Below are positions 39,491 through 51,129 of a stretch of 64,000 nt of DNA, in pieces; positions within the stretch are counted from its first letter, which is position 1, and every line of letters begins with the position of its first letter. Below the pieces are notes generated by a model. It was not told the DNA's origin, made no database searches, and worked only from the letters and a program-made list of their open reading frames with translations. This DNA comes from Bacilli bacterium (GTDB lineage Bacteria; Bacillota_I; Bacilli_A; RFN20; CAG-826). The stretch covers positions 7,680 through 71,679 of the forward strand of contig JAKSVE010000002.1 in the NCBI GenBank assembly GCA_024408295.1, in the 5' to 3' direction. Position numbers and translations under genes: made by a program.

Positions 39491-40704
39491 GCTAGTTCAG
39501 TGGTGAATGTCGCAAACTCGACGCCGTCTTCGTATGTCTTGAATCTTCCGAAATAGAACTGGTCGCCCATAACCTCGGCGATGCCTTTTGGATATCTTCC
39601 AGAGAAGACTATTGAACCTTTGAATTTATTCATTATCTCATCGACTGAATGAGCATAATTCTTTGAGTCTTTTCTATGTGCGGCAAATGAGTAATATTTC
39701 TCGTGAGTCATATCCTGCTTATTCTCATCACTTGCTATGACGTCGGCATAGACGTCAAAGATCGATGCAGACATGCCATAATTCATGAGGTCAGGCGTGT
39801 TGCCTCCTGGGCATCTCATATTGCATTCAAGCGCGATGAATTCGCCTTTCTTAGCCAATCCAGGTCTATCACTCTTGAGAACAAAGAACTCGATGTGGAA
39901 GCATCTCTTCTTGATGCCAAATGACTTAACAACAGCCCTACCCGCTTTTTCGAATTCTTCCTGATTGATATCAGGCATTTTTAAGCTGAATGGATTGCTC
40001 CAGTAATAATACTCAACACCCTCATTAACAATCTTATCAACAGGGGTTGGGAAGTGATCTGTTGTGACGAATACACATTCTGATTTTGAATTACAAACAC
40101 CATCGAAACTGACGATATAACCATCGATGAATTCTTCCATGATATATGTCTCTGACAATGGTTTAGTTAGGAATTGCTCAAGTTTTTCCTCATTTTTGAT
40201 GCTAAACGACTCTGAAGCACCAACTCCGATATCTGGCTTAACAAAGACAGGATAGCCGACTTCCTTAATGAAATTCTTGGCCTTTTCTAGGTCTTCTGGG
40301 CCATTGACTAGGACATAACGCATGACTTTTACTCCTGCGCGGGAGAAGGCTTCTTTCATGGCTGATTTAGCTTTGATAGCGTGCATATCACTCGGCTTTA
40401 AGCCATCGATATTCAATTCTTCTCTGAGCTTTGCATCATTTTCGAGCCACCACTCGTTATTGGATTCAAGATAATCGATGCGCCCATATTTAGATTCAAA
40501 GAATCTACACGCTTTTAAGACATCATCATACTTATTGAGATCTGGTAGCCAATAATATTCGGTTGCCGATTCTCTAAGTTCTGGGAGAAGAGAATTATAT
40601 GGTGTATCACCTACGCATAGAACGTTGATACCTTTTGCCCTTAAGGCCTTGACCCAAAGATAATATCTGGTTGGGAAATTTGGAGATATAAAAATGAAAT
40701 TCAT
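39487..40704 (-). CDS. ATP-grasp-fold enzyme (carboxylate-amine ligase type), function unknown
   Basis: 405 aa. Pre-ATP-grasp N-domain, central VGYPVFVKPDIGVGASE ATP-binding region, C-terminal E-x-N metal site (ALECNMR). Start ATG overlaps the atpC stop (TAATG), with a GGAGG RBS inside atpC. Confidence 0.7.
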   Translation of the reverse strand: MNFIFISPNFPTRYYLWVKALRAKGINVLCVGDTPYNSLLPELRESATEYYWLPDLNKYDDVLKACRFFESKYGRIDYLESNNEWWLENDAKLREELNIDGLKPSDMHAIKAKSAMKEAFSRAGVKVMRYVLVNGPEDLEKAKNFIKEVGYPVFVKPDIGVGASESFSIKNEEKLEQFLTKPLSETYIMEEFIDGYIVSFDGVCNSKSECVFVTTDHFPTPVDKIVNEGVEYYYWSNPFSLKMPDINQEEFEKAGRAVVKSFGIKKRCFHIEFFVLKSDRPGLAKKGEFIALECNMRCPGGNTPDLMNYGMSASIFDVYADVIASDENKQDMTHEKYYSFAAHRKDSKNYAHSVDEIMNKFKGSIVFSGRYPKGIAEVMGDQFYFGRFKTYEDGVEFATFTTELA

Positions 40705-41023
40705 TACTGTTCAACCTCCCCTCTCATTTCTAAAATCAGGTTATTGGCATGTTCTTCTGAATCAGCCTTTATAACTTCGCTAGACATTACTAAAACATTC
40801 TCGCCCTTGACCTCTAATGCACCACGTTTAATGACATAGTAACTATTGGCTGAGCGATAGGAAAAACGAAGGGTTCCGTATTCAGGGAGGGCGGCAAGAT
40901 ATGGGGTGTGGCCTTTCAAGATGCCAACCGGTCCTGCGACTGTTCTGACGTACAATTCGTCAACTTCGCCTTCGAATGCGAGCCCTTGAGTAGTTAAGAT
41001 TCTGAGATTGATGGTCTTATCCA

Positions 41024-41024
<1 letters not shown>
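40704..41024 (-). CDS. atpC: F0F1 ATP synthase epsilon subunit
   Basis: 106 aa, LRILTTQGLAFEGEVDELYVRTVAGPVGILKGHTP. Confidence 0.9.
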
Positions 41025-42454
<1,430 letters not shown>

Positions 42455-43303
42455 TTAATTCTCCGCGCCGGCGACGACTTCTGTGATTTCCTGTGTAATC
42501 GCGCTCTGACGTGCTTTGTTGTATTCGATTGTAAGTTTGTCTAACAATTCATCCGCATTATCGTTTGCGTTATCCATTGCGCTTCTTCTTGAAGCTTGTT
42601 CAGATAGCTGAGATTCAAGAAGTTTCGCGTACATGATGCTGGATAGATAATTCGGCATGAATCTATGAATCAATTCATGCGGCTCCTCATCGAATAGAGG
42701 AGGCGCGAATGATTCGTTTTCCCATTCTCTATAATCCATCGTGATTGGGAGGAGCTGCATGATATCAGGCTCACTCGAAATGGAGTTGAGATACTTGGTG
42801 TAGATGATTTCAACTTTCTTCCACTTCTTGTCATTGAACTCTTTCTTGATGGTATTGACGATGTTGTAGATGTTATCCATATCGAGGGTGAGATCGAATC
42901 CATCTACATCAAGAACATTCTTGCAATATGTATTGGATCTGAAGTGGTTGATTGCCTTTGAACCAAGTGGGATGACGTAGTCATCTTCCTTGATTGTTTC
43001 TTTGGCGTATTTGAAGATGTTTGAATTGTAGGCTCCGCATAATCCGAGGTCTGATGAGATGACGATATAAAGGGTTGGAAGCTCTCCTTCGTTCTCTTTT
43101 GCATAATGCGTTTCTTTCTCGTCATGCGCACACAAAACACCCATGAGTTCGCGATACTCATTGGCATAGTCCTTATAGTCCTCATACGCGTTGAGAAGTT
43201 TCTTGACCTTAGCGGTTGCAATCAACTGCATCGCCTTGGTGATCTTTCTTGTTGACTGGACGGACTTGATTCTATGTTTTGTCTTGTTTAAGCCCTGTGA
43301 CAT
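42455..43303 (-). CDS. atpG: F0F1 ATP synthase gamma subunit
   Basis: 282 aa, conserved N-terminal and C-terminal helices (ITKAMQLIA...; ITQEITEVVAGAE). Confidence 0.9.
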   Translation of the reverse strand: MSQGLNKTKHRIKSVQSTRKITKAMQLIATAKVKKLLNAYEDYKDYANEYRELMGVLCAHDEKETHYAKENEGELPTLYIVISSDLGLCGAYNSNIFKYAKETIKEDDYVIPLGSKAINHFRSNTYCKNVLDVDGFDLTLDMDNIYNIVNTIKKEFNDKKWKKVEIIYTKYLNSISSEPDIMQLLPITMDYREWENESFAPPLFDEEPHELIHRFMPNYLSSIMYAKLLESQLSEQASRRSAMDNANDNADELLDKLTIEYNKARQSAITQEITEVVAGAEN

Positions 43304-44859
43304 TATTCTTCGCTAGCGCCTTTCTTTAATTTGTTTGCGTCTCTATAGCTTGGCCAGATGTTCTTCTTGAACTCAGCACAAGCGTCGTGCAATTTTGCGG
43401 TTAATTCGTCTGAGAAAATCTTCTTTTCCTTAAGTTCTGCGATGATTTCAGCATGACTTGTTGAGATATTTTCTCTTAATGCGACTAAATATGGGTTAAC
43501 ACTTGAGACATCTAAGTCATCGAGGTATCTGTTCTTGACTGCAAATAAGTCGATAACTTCCTCGTAGAATGCTAGAGGTGAGTTGTTCTTCTGCTTAAGA
43601 GATTCCATGACGATTGCACCGTGTGTGAGGATTCTCTTTGTTTCAGCATCGAGGTCTGAACCGAACTGAGAGAATGATAAGTTTTCTCTGTAGTTAGCGA
43701 GTTCGATCTTCAAACTTGATGCAACTTGCTTCATGCATTTGAACTGAGCGGCTGAGCCAACACGTGAGACTGAGAAGCCTGAGTCGACTGCTGGACGCTG
43801 TCCTGATGCGAAGTAGTCAGTGACCAAGAAGATCTGACCGTCGGTAATTGAGATGACGTTTGTTGGGATGTAAGCGGAGATGTCTCCTGCCTGTGTCTCA
43901 ATGATTGGAAGAGCGGTGATTGAGCCACCTCCATATGCTGGAGAAAGCTTACATGCGCGCTCGAGTAATCTTGAGTGTAAATAGAAGATATCACCTGGAT
44001 ATGCTTCACGGCCTGGTGAACGTCTTAAGAGCAATGAAAGTGTACGGTATGCAACAGCGTGCTTGGATAAATCATCGAAGACGATGAGGACATCCTGGCC
44101 CTGTTCCATCCACTCTTCTGCAATAGCCATACCAGCGAATGGAGCGATGTACTGCTGTGGAGCTGGTTCTGATGCTGCAGCATTGACGATTGTGCAGTAT
44201 TCCATGCAGCCTTTTTCTCTTAACTTGTTAGCTAAAGACGCGACTGAGGAATTCTTCTGGCCAATTGCGACGTAAACACACTTAACGTTCTTGCCCTTCT
44301 GGTTGATGATGGTGTCGATTGCGATTGATGTCTTACCAGTCTGACGGTCACCGATGATAAGTTCACGCTGACCACGTCCGATTGGAATCATTGAGTCGAT
44401 TGCCTTAATACCAGTTTCAAGCGGGGTATTGACCGATTTTCTAGTCATAACGCCAGGTGCAATTCTTTCGATTGGTCTGGTTTTTGTAGAGTTAATTGGT
44501 CCCTGGTTGTCTAATGGGGTGCCAAGTGGGGTGATAACGCGTCCAAGCATGCAATCGCCGACTGGAACTTCAACGACCTTGTTTGTCTGCTTAACGACGT
44601 CACCTTCCTTGATTAAACGGTCTGAGCCTAAAAGGACAACACCGACATTGTCGACGTTGAGGTTCATGACCATTCCATAAACACCGTTTGGGAATTCGAG
44701 AAGCTCAGCGAGCATTGCGCTCTTAAGGCCATATACCGTTGCGATACCGTCACCTACTGAGATGACCGTGCCAACATCGTTAGCCTCTACCACTTCTCCG
44801 TTGTATTTCTTTATTTCCTCTTTGATGAGGGATGAGATTTCAGAAGTCTTGTTGCTCAT
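43303..44859 (-). CDS. atpA: F0F1 ATP synthase alpha subunit
   Basis: GDRQTGKT P-loop, 518 aa. Confidence 0.95.
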   Translation of the reverse strand: MSNKTSEISSLIKEEIKKYNGEVVEANDVGTVISVGDGIATVYGLKSAMLAELLEFPNGVYGMVMNLNVDNVGVVLLGSDRLIKEGDVVKQTNKVVEVPVGDCMLGRVITPLGTPLDNQGPINSTKTRPIERIAPGVMTRKSVNTPLETGIKAIDSMIPIGRGQRELIIGDRQTGKTSIAIDTIINQKGKNVKCVYVAIGQKNSSVASLANKLREKGCMEYCTIVNAAASEPAPQQYIAPFAGMAIAEEWMEQGQDVLIVFDDLSKHAVAYRTLSLLLRRSPGREAYPGDIFYLHSRLLERACKLSPAYGGGSITALPIIETQAGDISAYIPTNVISITDGQIFLVTDYFASGQRPAVDSGFSVSRVGSAAQFKCMKQVASSLKIELANYRENLSFSQFGSDLDAETKRILTHGAIVMESLKQKNNSPLAFYEEVIDLFAVKNRYLDDLDVSSVNPYLVALRENISTSHAEIIAELKEKKIFSDELTAKLHDACAEFKKNIWPSYRDANKLKKGASEE

Positions 44860-45407
44860 TATTTGCCTCCTTTGCTGTTTGAGAGGACCGCTTTAAGGCG
44901 GTTAAGCTTTGACGAGATAGAACCATCTATCATCTTGCCGTCAATGCTGATTTTGTATCCACCGATCAATGTGTGGTCGATACGGTTCTCTAAGCTGACT
45001 TCGCAGCCTAGTTTCTTCGATAATGATTCTTCGATTTTCTTTATGTCGCTAGAGGACATATCATCCACCGAATAGATGATTCCTTCCTTTACTCCGAGCT
45101 CGACGTTGCACATGGAGACGAATGCCTCGAATATGCCTTCGTAATGCTGGATGATGTGCTTCTTGCAGAGCACCTTAAGGAAAGATGCTAGGCTCTTGGC
45201 TTTCAGACTTTGGAAGATATTATCGATAATGGATTCGATATCCTGGAGAGGCACGCTTAAAGAGGAGAGGACGTCGACTAACTCAGGGTTCTCGTTAAAG
45301 GCCTTGAGGATGTCTAAGACCTCGCTTTTATATAGCAAAACGGCATCTTCTTCCTTTGCTAGGGAGAAGAGGGCGTTTGCATAATTCTCAAAGCGGTCCT
45401 TCTTCAT
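44859..45407 (-). CDS. atpH: F0F1 ATP synthase delta (OSCP) subunit
   Basis: 182 aa, position and OSCP-like helical N-domain. Confidence 0.8.
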   Translation of the reverse strand: MKKDRFENYANALFSLAKEEDAVLLYKSEVLDILKAFNENPELVDVLSSLSVPLQDIESIIDNIFQSLKAKSLASFLKVLCKKHIIQHYEGIFEAFVSMCNVELGVKEGIIYSVDDMSSSDIKKIEESLSKKLGCEVSLENRIDHTLIGGYKISIDGKMIDGSISSKLNRLKAVLSNSKGGK

Positions 45408-45412
45408 AATTA

Positions 45413-45970
45413 CTATTCCTTCTCTTCTAGTTCAGCGGAAAGCTTCTCTAAAAGGGCTTTGTTGTCTTCTTCGTTAAGTTCGCGTGGAAGTACGCTGGTT
45501 GCAATATCCATAGCAACTTCGATGATTTCCTGCTTGAGGGCTTCTCTAGAGGCAATCTCTTCCTGTTTGATGGCTTCATCAGCTGCAACGAGTTTTCTTG
45601 TTGCTTCAGTTTCGGCTTCCTTAACGATTTCACTCTTCTTGCGTTCGCCGTCTTCTTTGGCTTTTTCAACGATCTTGGCTGCTTCTTCGTGGGCTTCCTT
45701 GATGATAGCGTCCTTGTTCTTGATTGTTGATTCGGCCTCGATTTTTGCGTGCTCAGAATCCTGGATGTTCTTTTCAATATAGTCTTTTCTGGCGTCTAAG
45801 TATTTTCTCAAAGGCTTATACGCGATGAGATAGACCGCGATGAAAAGAACAATCAACGCGAGAAGGTTAATCAGAAGACTCCAGCCGTTTGGCACGAGTT
45901 TCTTGATAATCTCTTCCGAGCTGAAAGGGGCATCGCCTAACAATATTGAGTTAAATACGATACCTTTCAT
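45413..45970 (-). CDS. atpF: F0F1 ATP synthase subunit b
   Basis: Single N-terminal TM helix followed by a long charged coiled coil (EAxxIxxEA repeats). Confidence 0.85.
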   Translation of the reverse strand: MKGIVFNSILLGDAPFSSEEIIKKLVPNGWSLLINLLALIVLFIAVYLIAYKPLRKYLDARKDYIEKNIQDSEHAKIEAESTIKNKDAIIKEAHEEAAKIVEKAKEDGERKKSEIVKEAETEATRKLVAADEAIKQEEIASREALKQEIIEVAMDIATSVLPRELNEEDNKALLEKLSAELEEKE

Positions 45971-45977
45971 TTTCGAA

Positions 45978-46259
45978 TTAGAGTCCTAATGTGATAGCTG
46001 GGATAGCAGCTTTTGTTGCGTCCGCGGCAATGCCAGGGAAGACGAAGATCAATAAGATCGCAACGATCAAAGCGTAGATAGCTGTTGATTCGTCAAGTGC
46101 AACTGCAAGAATCATTGTTGACTGAAGCTTGCTCTGCATTTCTGGGTTTCTTGCCATGCCATCGATTGCATGTGCACAGATGAGACCTTCACCGATTGAT
46201 GAGAGGGCTCCGAGTCCAACGGCGATACCTGCGCCGATGGCGACTAATCCTAAATCCAT
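45978..46259 (-). CDS. atpE: F0F1 ATP synthase subunit c
   Basis: 93 aa hairpin. GMARNP loop and the conserved carboxylate in LAVALDESTAI. Confidence 0.9.
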   Translation of the reverse strand: MDLGLVAIGAGIAVGLGALSSIGEGLICAHAIDGMARNPEMQSKLQSTMILAVALDESTAIYALIVAILLIFVFPGIAADATKAAIPAITLGL

Positions 46260-46286
46260 AATAGTTCCTCCTTATGATTTAGTTCC

Positions 46287-47102
46287 TTATTCATTGACTG
46301 GCTCTGGACGAGCGCGGTCATTGAGTGCTGGTGAAACGATTTCCTTATGAGGGATTTCGTTTGCTATCCATATGGCGTTAAGAGATCCGAAGACTAAAGT
46401 CTGGATTACGCCAGAGAATAAGGTGAAATATAGGTTCAACACACCCATTGGGATAGGTGCGAGGAAGATGCCGGTCCAACCGGCTGTTGTGCCTGCCACT
46501 AAGTTGACAAGCATGGTTGAGACGTTGCCTAATGCCCACTGGATGAGGCCTAAGACAACCCAACCTGAGATCGAGTTACCAAAGATACGCATGGTAGTTG
46601 AGAGAATTGGAGCCCACATGGTGACCAAGTTGATTGGAAGGAACACCGCGAATGGCTCGATGTATCTATGGAAGTATGAGAAATGTTGATATCTGATAGC
46701 AGTCACCTGGATGAGGGTGAACATGATGAGCGATAGGCATAATGGAGCGGCAAGCCAGTCAGTGATTGATGGGAATCCTGTAGCGCCCCAGAAGAATGAG
46801 AGGCAAAGATATAAGAATAATGTGAAGAGATATCCTCCCCAGGCTCTATTCTCAATGCCCATATTGTTGATGGTGAAGTTATCGATGTACTGGAAATAGA
46901 TTTCCGCTAAATGCATGAGGCCCTTGGGTCTCTTGAGGTAATCTTTATTCTTGTACCCGATTCTGGCCTTGACGCCGACGATGATGGCGAGAATCAAGAT
47001 GATAAGCATTACGAAAAGCGAGCAGAATAAAGAGCCGTCTAAATCCCAATCGAAGAAATGGGAGACACGGTAGTTGAAGTCGATTGTCTCAGCGAATGTC
47101 AT
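46287..47102 (-). CDS. atpB: F0F1 ATP synthase subunit a
   Basis: 271 aa polytopic protein with the conserved R in LTLRLFGNI-like region (MRIFGNSISG). Confidence 0.9.
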   Translation of the reverse strand: MTFAETIDFNYRVSHFFDWDLDGSLFCSLFVMLIILILAIIVGVKARIGYKNKDYLKRPKGLMHLAEIYFQYIDNFTINNMGIENRAWGGYLFTLFLYLCLSFFWGATGFPSITDWLAAPLCLSLIMFTLIQVTAIRYQHFSYFHRYIEPFAVFLPINLVTMWAPILSTTMRIFGNSISGWVVLGLIQWALGNVSTMLVNLVAGTTAGWTGIFLAPIPMGVLNLYFTLFSGVIQTLVFGSLNAIWIANEIPHKEIVSPALNDRARPEPVNE

Positions 47103-47104
47103 GA

Positions 47105-47602
47105 CTACTTCTCCTCCTTAATCTCTTCTTTTGGAGAGGCGCCGACATTCTTCAATTCGATGAGTTTTGCGCCCATTGTGTAGAATGAAAGGAACACAAG
47201 AGGGACAGCACAAGACCAGAAATTGAAGAGGTCAAAGCCTCCGAAGATATCTTTTTTGAATGTGCAGATTGCAGAAACTGCAAGCACGATTATGTATAAA
47301 GCGAAACGCAAGAAGAATGTGAGAGGTGCAACTGCCTTAAGTCCGTTTGATTTGATATTCGGATTAAGGATGATGCTGCTGAAGAAAATGATTGAGCCAT
47401 AAGCGATTAACTGGGCGATAGATCCTAAGAGCCAACCCATGCTGACTGATAACCATTTAAAGCCGCTGTCTTCATGTAGGAATGCAAGAGGTAAAAGCAA
47501 AAGGAAAACGACGATATCGATGACCGCAAGAATAAATAAACCTTTGTGGTCTTTATCTAATTTCTTGTAGAAATTGACCATATCTATTCTCCTCCTTTGC
47601 AA
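47105..47602 (-). CDS. Small 4-TM membrane protein at head of atp operon (AtpI-like?)
   Basis: Position immediately upstream of atpB. 4 hydrophobic helices. Likely start at the internal MVNFYKK. Confidence 0.5.
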   Translation of the reverse strand: MQRRRIDMVNFYKKLDKDHKGLFILAVIDIVVFLLLLPLAFLHEDSGFKWLSVSMGWLLGSIAQLIAYGSIIFFSSIILNPNIKSNGLKAVAPLTFFLRFALYIIVLAVSAICTFKKDIFGGFDLFNFWSCAVPLVFLSFYTMGAKLIELKNVGASPKEEIKEEK

Positions 47603-47651
47603 ATATTAGACATTACTAAAGTAAAAGTCAAAGGTGTTAACCGATAATGTG

Positions 47652-48179
47652 TTACTTATTGTGCTTAATTTCTACCTGTATCCTCTTCAACTGCTCGATG
47701 GCCACCGCATTTGCATGCTCATCACCACCCGATGAACAAGAGGCATCAACGACGATGTGAGCATTAGGAAGGGCGGCCTTAGCGATAACGGCGTTGGACA
47801 AAACGCAGATAGATAAATCGAGACCGCAAACGGTAACTTCCTCATAGTCTTTATCCTTAAGCCAATCGCCTAGTTCCAATGAAGGGAATGTAGGTTTTGC
47901 AAAGATTTTGTGGCCTTTTGCCATGTTTTTGACGTTTCCATAGAAGTCATATCCAGGCGTGCCTTCGATGCAATGAGGCACAGGAAGATATTTTCCTTCT
48001 TCTGTATTCATATAGTCTTCATGATGGGTGTCTAGAGTAAATACAACATCATTTCCATCATCCTCAAAAGACTTGATCAAAAAACAAATGCGTTCATCAA
48101 GAGCTTCTGCTCCTGCAAAGCCGAGAGCGCCGTTTACAAAGTCGACTTGGAAATCGACCACCACTAATAATTTTTTCAT
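47652..48179 (-). CDS. Isochorismatase-family cysteine hydrolase (nicotinamidase PncA-like)
   Basis: D (VVVDFQVDF), K and the nucleophile Cys (VTVCGLDLSICV) triad. 175 aa. Confidence 0.75.
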   Translation of the reverse strand: MKKLLVVVDFQVDFVNGALGFAGAEALDERICFLIKSFEDDGNDVVFTLDTHHEDYMNTEEGKYLPVPHCIEGTPGYDFYGNVKNMAKGHKIFAKPTFPSLELGDWLKDKDYEEVTVCGLDLSICVLSNAVIAKAALPNAHIVVDASCSSGGDEHANAVAIEQLKRIQVEIKHNK

Positions 48180-48190
48180 GCTCTTATATT

Positions 48191-48208
48191 AACAAAATTA
48201 ATTTTGTT
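48191..48208. promoter_or_regulatory. Perfect 18-bp palindrome AACAAAATT|AATTTTGTT in divergent promoter region
   Basis: Read directly. Lies between the pncA-like (-) and udk-like (+) starts. Confidence 0.35.
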
Positions 48209-48292
48209 TGAGTTCTACACAATTTTATGAAAGCGCTTGCAAAGTATTACAGTAATGCTAATATATACGGCTTGATAAAGGAGGAAGAGATT

Positions 48293-49939
48293 ATGGAATT
48301 CACACTAAATTATCTGGGCAAGAGCGAGACGTTTGATAAGAAAGTCATGCTATCCGATTTAATCATTGAAGAGAACAAAGATAGAAAATATATCGTCGCA
48401 AAGGTTAACAATAAAGTCAGGGAACTTACATATGAAGTTTCCTATGATGCAGATATCCAATTCTTGACTCTTGCCGATAGCGCGGCAAAAGATGCTTATG
48501 AGCCTTCGCTTAGATACATCATCGCGATGGCCTTCCACAACTGTTATCCAGATTTGAAGATCAAATTCACATTCAACGTATCTAGAACAATCGGCATCTT
48601 CCTAACAGGCAACACCAAGATTGCCAATACGGCGATGCTCATCAAGGTAAGGCATGAGATCGACCGCATCGTTGCGGCAGACTATCCATTAAAGAGAATC
48701 ATCGTCCCTAATGATGAGGCAAGAAAGATTTATCAGGATTGGGGATATGAAGACAAATTAGAGATTCTTAAGTACCGTCCTGAGAAAACGGTCCACTTAT
48801 ACGAATGCGATGGCTATCTAAACTATATGTACGCAAGAATGGTCCCGTCTACCGGATACATCAAATCCTATAAGATGAAGCTATATGCTCCAGGATTCTT
48901 GGTTCAATATCCTAGACCAGAATGCGGAGGTCGCATTCCGGAGTTCGATGATTCGCCAACATATGGAAGAACGTTAAGAGAACAGCATGACTGGGCAAAG
49001 GTCGTCGGCGTTGATACGGTTTCTAGAATCAATGAGGAAATCTTCAAAGGAGGAGATCCAGAATTCATCAACATCTGCGAAGCAAGACAGAACAGAATGC
49101 TAGCGGAATTAGGGCAGCTCATTGAGGACGACATTTCCAATATCAGACTAATCTGTGTTGCCGGCCCTTCTTCTAGCGGAAAAACAACGTTTGCGAATAG
49201 ACTCAGAGTAGAGCTTCTATCAAGAGGTATCAAGCCTATCAGAATCTCTCTCGATGACTATTATTTGAGGAATGAGCAGATGCCGCTCAACGATAGAGGC
49301 GAACCGGACTTTGAGTCAATTGATGCCCTAGATGTTGAGTTATTTAACCAAAACATGGTGGATTTGATTAACGGAGAGGAGGTCCAGCTTCCAAAATTCG
49401 ACTTCAAGCAAGGAAGGAGGGTCAAAGGAAGAATCTTGAAGGTCAACAAGGATGAGCCAATCGTTATTGAAGGTATCCATGCGCTAAATGAGAGGATGAC
49501 AAACGCCATCCCTAAATACAACAAGTTCAAGATCTTCATCTCGCCTCAGGCTCAGGTCAGCTTAGATAAGCACAATCCGGTCAGCTTGACGGATTTGAGA
49601 TTGATAAGAAGAATGGTCAGAGACTATCAATTCAGAAACTCTCCAGCCGAAGAAACATTCTCAATGTGGCCTGATGTCAGAGCAGGAGAATTCAAATGGA
49701 TATATCCAACACAAGAAGGATGCGACTATGTCTTCAACTCATACTTGGCATATGAGTTGCCTGTCTTGAAGAAATACGCCGTACCACTACTGCAGCAAAT
49801 ATCTAAGGATAGTCCTCACTTCTTGGCGGCAGAAAGACTGCTTCACATGCTCAAGTTCTTTGTGGATATGGATGACAAATGGGTGCCGTCAAATTCACTT
49901 ATGAGGGAATTCATCGGCGGGTCCTGCTACGAAGAATAA
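48293..49939 (+). CDS. Uridine kinase/PRK-family P-loop kinase with ~280-aa N-terminal extension (ThrRS-N/TGS-like)
   Basis: Strong RBS AAGGAGGAAGAGATT-ATG at 48293. C-terminal half has IRLICVAGPSSSGKTTFANRL (Walker A) and a PRK-like fold. The N-terminal domain has no catalytic motif. Confidence 0.7.
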   Translation: MEFTLNYLGKSETFDKKVMLSDLIIEENKDRKYIVAKVNNKVRELTYEVSYDADIQFLTLADSAAKDAYEPSLRYIIAMAFHNCYPDLKIKFTFNVSRTIGIFLTGNTKIANTAMLIKVRHEIDRIVAADYPLKRIIVPNDEARKIYQDWGYEDKLEILKYRPEKTVHLYECDGYLNYMYARMVPSTGYIKSYKMKLYAPGFLVQYPRPECGGRIPEFDDSPTYGRTLREQHDWAKVVGVDTVSRINEEIFKGGDPEFINICEARQNRMLAELGQLIEDDISNIRLICVAGPSSSGKTTFANRLRVELLSRGIKPIRISLDDYYLRNEQMPLNDRGEPDFESIDALDVELFNQNMVDLINGEEVQLPKFDFKQGRRVKGRILKVNKDEPIVIEGIHALNERMTNAIPKYNKFKIFISPQAQVSLDKHNPVSLTDLRLIRRMVRDYQFRNSPAEETFSMWPDVRAGEFKWIYPTQEGCDYVFNSYLAYELPVLKKYAVPLLQQISKDSPHFLAAERLLHMLKFFVDMDDKWVPSNSLMREFIGGSCYEE

Positions 49940-49970
49940 ATTAAAACCGGAATTTCAAATTTTCCGGTTT

Positions 49971-51125
49971 TTATTCTGCTTCTTGCTCGTCTTCTAGTTT
50001 AGGAAGGCTCTTGCTAACGTGATTGAATCTGAATCTTTCAAGATCGAAGCAAGCTTGGAGCTGTCCTAAGTACTTGTTTCTCATCTCGTAGTATCTCTGC
50101 TTTTCTTCTTCTGGAAGTTTGGAGAGATAGAATGAGGCGAAGTACTTCTCTAATCTAAAGAATGACTCATAGACATTCATGATTGTGATGAGGTGATAGT
50201 AACTCTTTCTATTATCCGAATAGATAAGCAATGGTGATGAGTGCGCGATTTCAGATGACATCTCATAGATTTCCGCCTTATCACGAAGACCAGCGCAACG
50301 CTCAACACCATCACGGAAATTAAGCTTGAAATCGGTAACTTCACCTATTGTTGGTATCGCATAGAGCCATCCGTATTCGATGAATCTCTTCATATCCTTG
50401 CTCTTGAGGTCGTGGGATTTCATTTCCTCTTTGATTCTAACGAAGATCCTATCGGTGGTCTCCTTATCAGGAATCATCTTGCGGAACGCTCTAGCGTACT
50501 GCATGTGATCAAGGTAGGAAATGATGACAGGCTCACCATATTTGATGAGGAGGATGAATATACACTCAATCTCGTGGAGAGTTCTCCAACAAGAGAATGC
50601 CTCTGTCTCATATCCGTCATTGATCAGCTCAACAACACACTTAGCTTGAGAGAAACCTTTGTGGAGCATATCAACAAGTAATGTTTGAGTTGGGTCATTC
50701 ATCTTATAACGGGATAAGATTCCCAAGACAAAGTTAAGATAAAGGGTAATTGTGGAGATTTCTGGGTTAAAACGATTGCTTAAGACTGCAGATTTGAAGG
50801 CCAAATGCTCGTTTGTGTAATACTTATCAACGGCGATGGATACGATGAAGTCTCTGATTTCTTCGTTCTCCATGATCTCCTTCTGGGATACACGTCCATG
50901 TGTTGCTAAATAGAATGTGTATTCATTGGCAAGATAAGAGACGACCTGGAGGAAATTGACGTTGACGTTAGCGAAAACCTCCGCTTCTTCCTTAAGACTC
51001 TCTGCAGCTTCCATGGCATCGACGAAAAGGGAATAGAAAACATCCCTATCAACATTAGGGTTGATCTTGATGTAATCAAGAACATGGTTAAATTGTACTC
51101 GGTCAATCTTTATTTCTTCTGCCAT
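49971..51125 (-). CDS. Hypothetical all-alpha protein co-transcribed downstream of addA
   Basis: 384-aa ORF. 4-nt gap to the addA stop. No recognisable motif, helix-rich composition. Confidence 0.55.
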   Translation of the reverse strand: MAEEIKIDRVQFNHVLDYIKINPNVDRDVFYSLFVDAMEAAESLKEEAEVFANVNVNFLQVVSYLANEYTFYLATHGRVSQKEIMENEEIRDFIVSIAVDKYYTNEHLAFKSAVLSNRFNPEISTITLYLNFVLGILSRYKMNDPTQTLLVDMLHKGFSQAKCVVELINDGYETEAFSCWRTLHEIECIFILLIKYGEPVIISYLDHMQYARAFRKMIPDKETTDRIFVRIKEEMKSHDLKSKDMKRFIEYGWLYAIPTIGEVTDFKLNFRDGVERCAGLRDKAEIYEMSSEIAHSSPLLIYSDNRKSYYHLITIMNVYESFFRLEKYFASFYLSKLPEEEKQRYYEMRNKYLGQLQACFDLERFRFNHVSKSLPKLEDEQEAE

Positions 51126-51129
51126 AGCT

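Noticed and set aside
45448-45782. ORFs 45448..45777(-) and 45459..45782(+) inside atpF
   Set aside because: The charged coiled-coil codon bias of subunit b produces open alternate frames. atpF is the credible frame.
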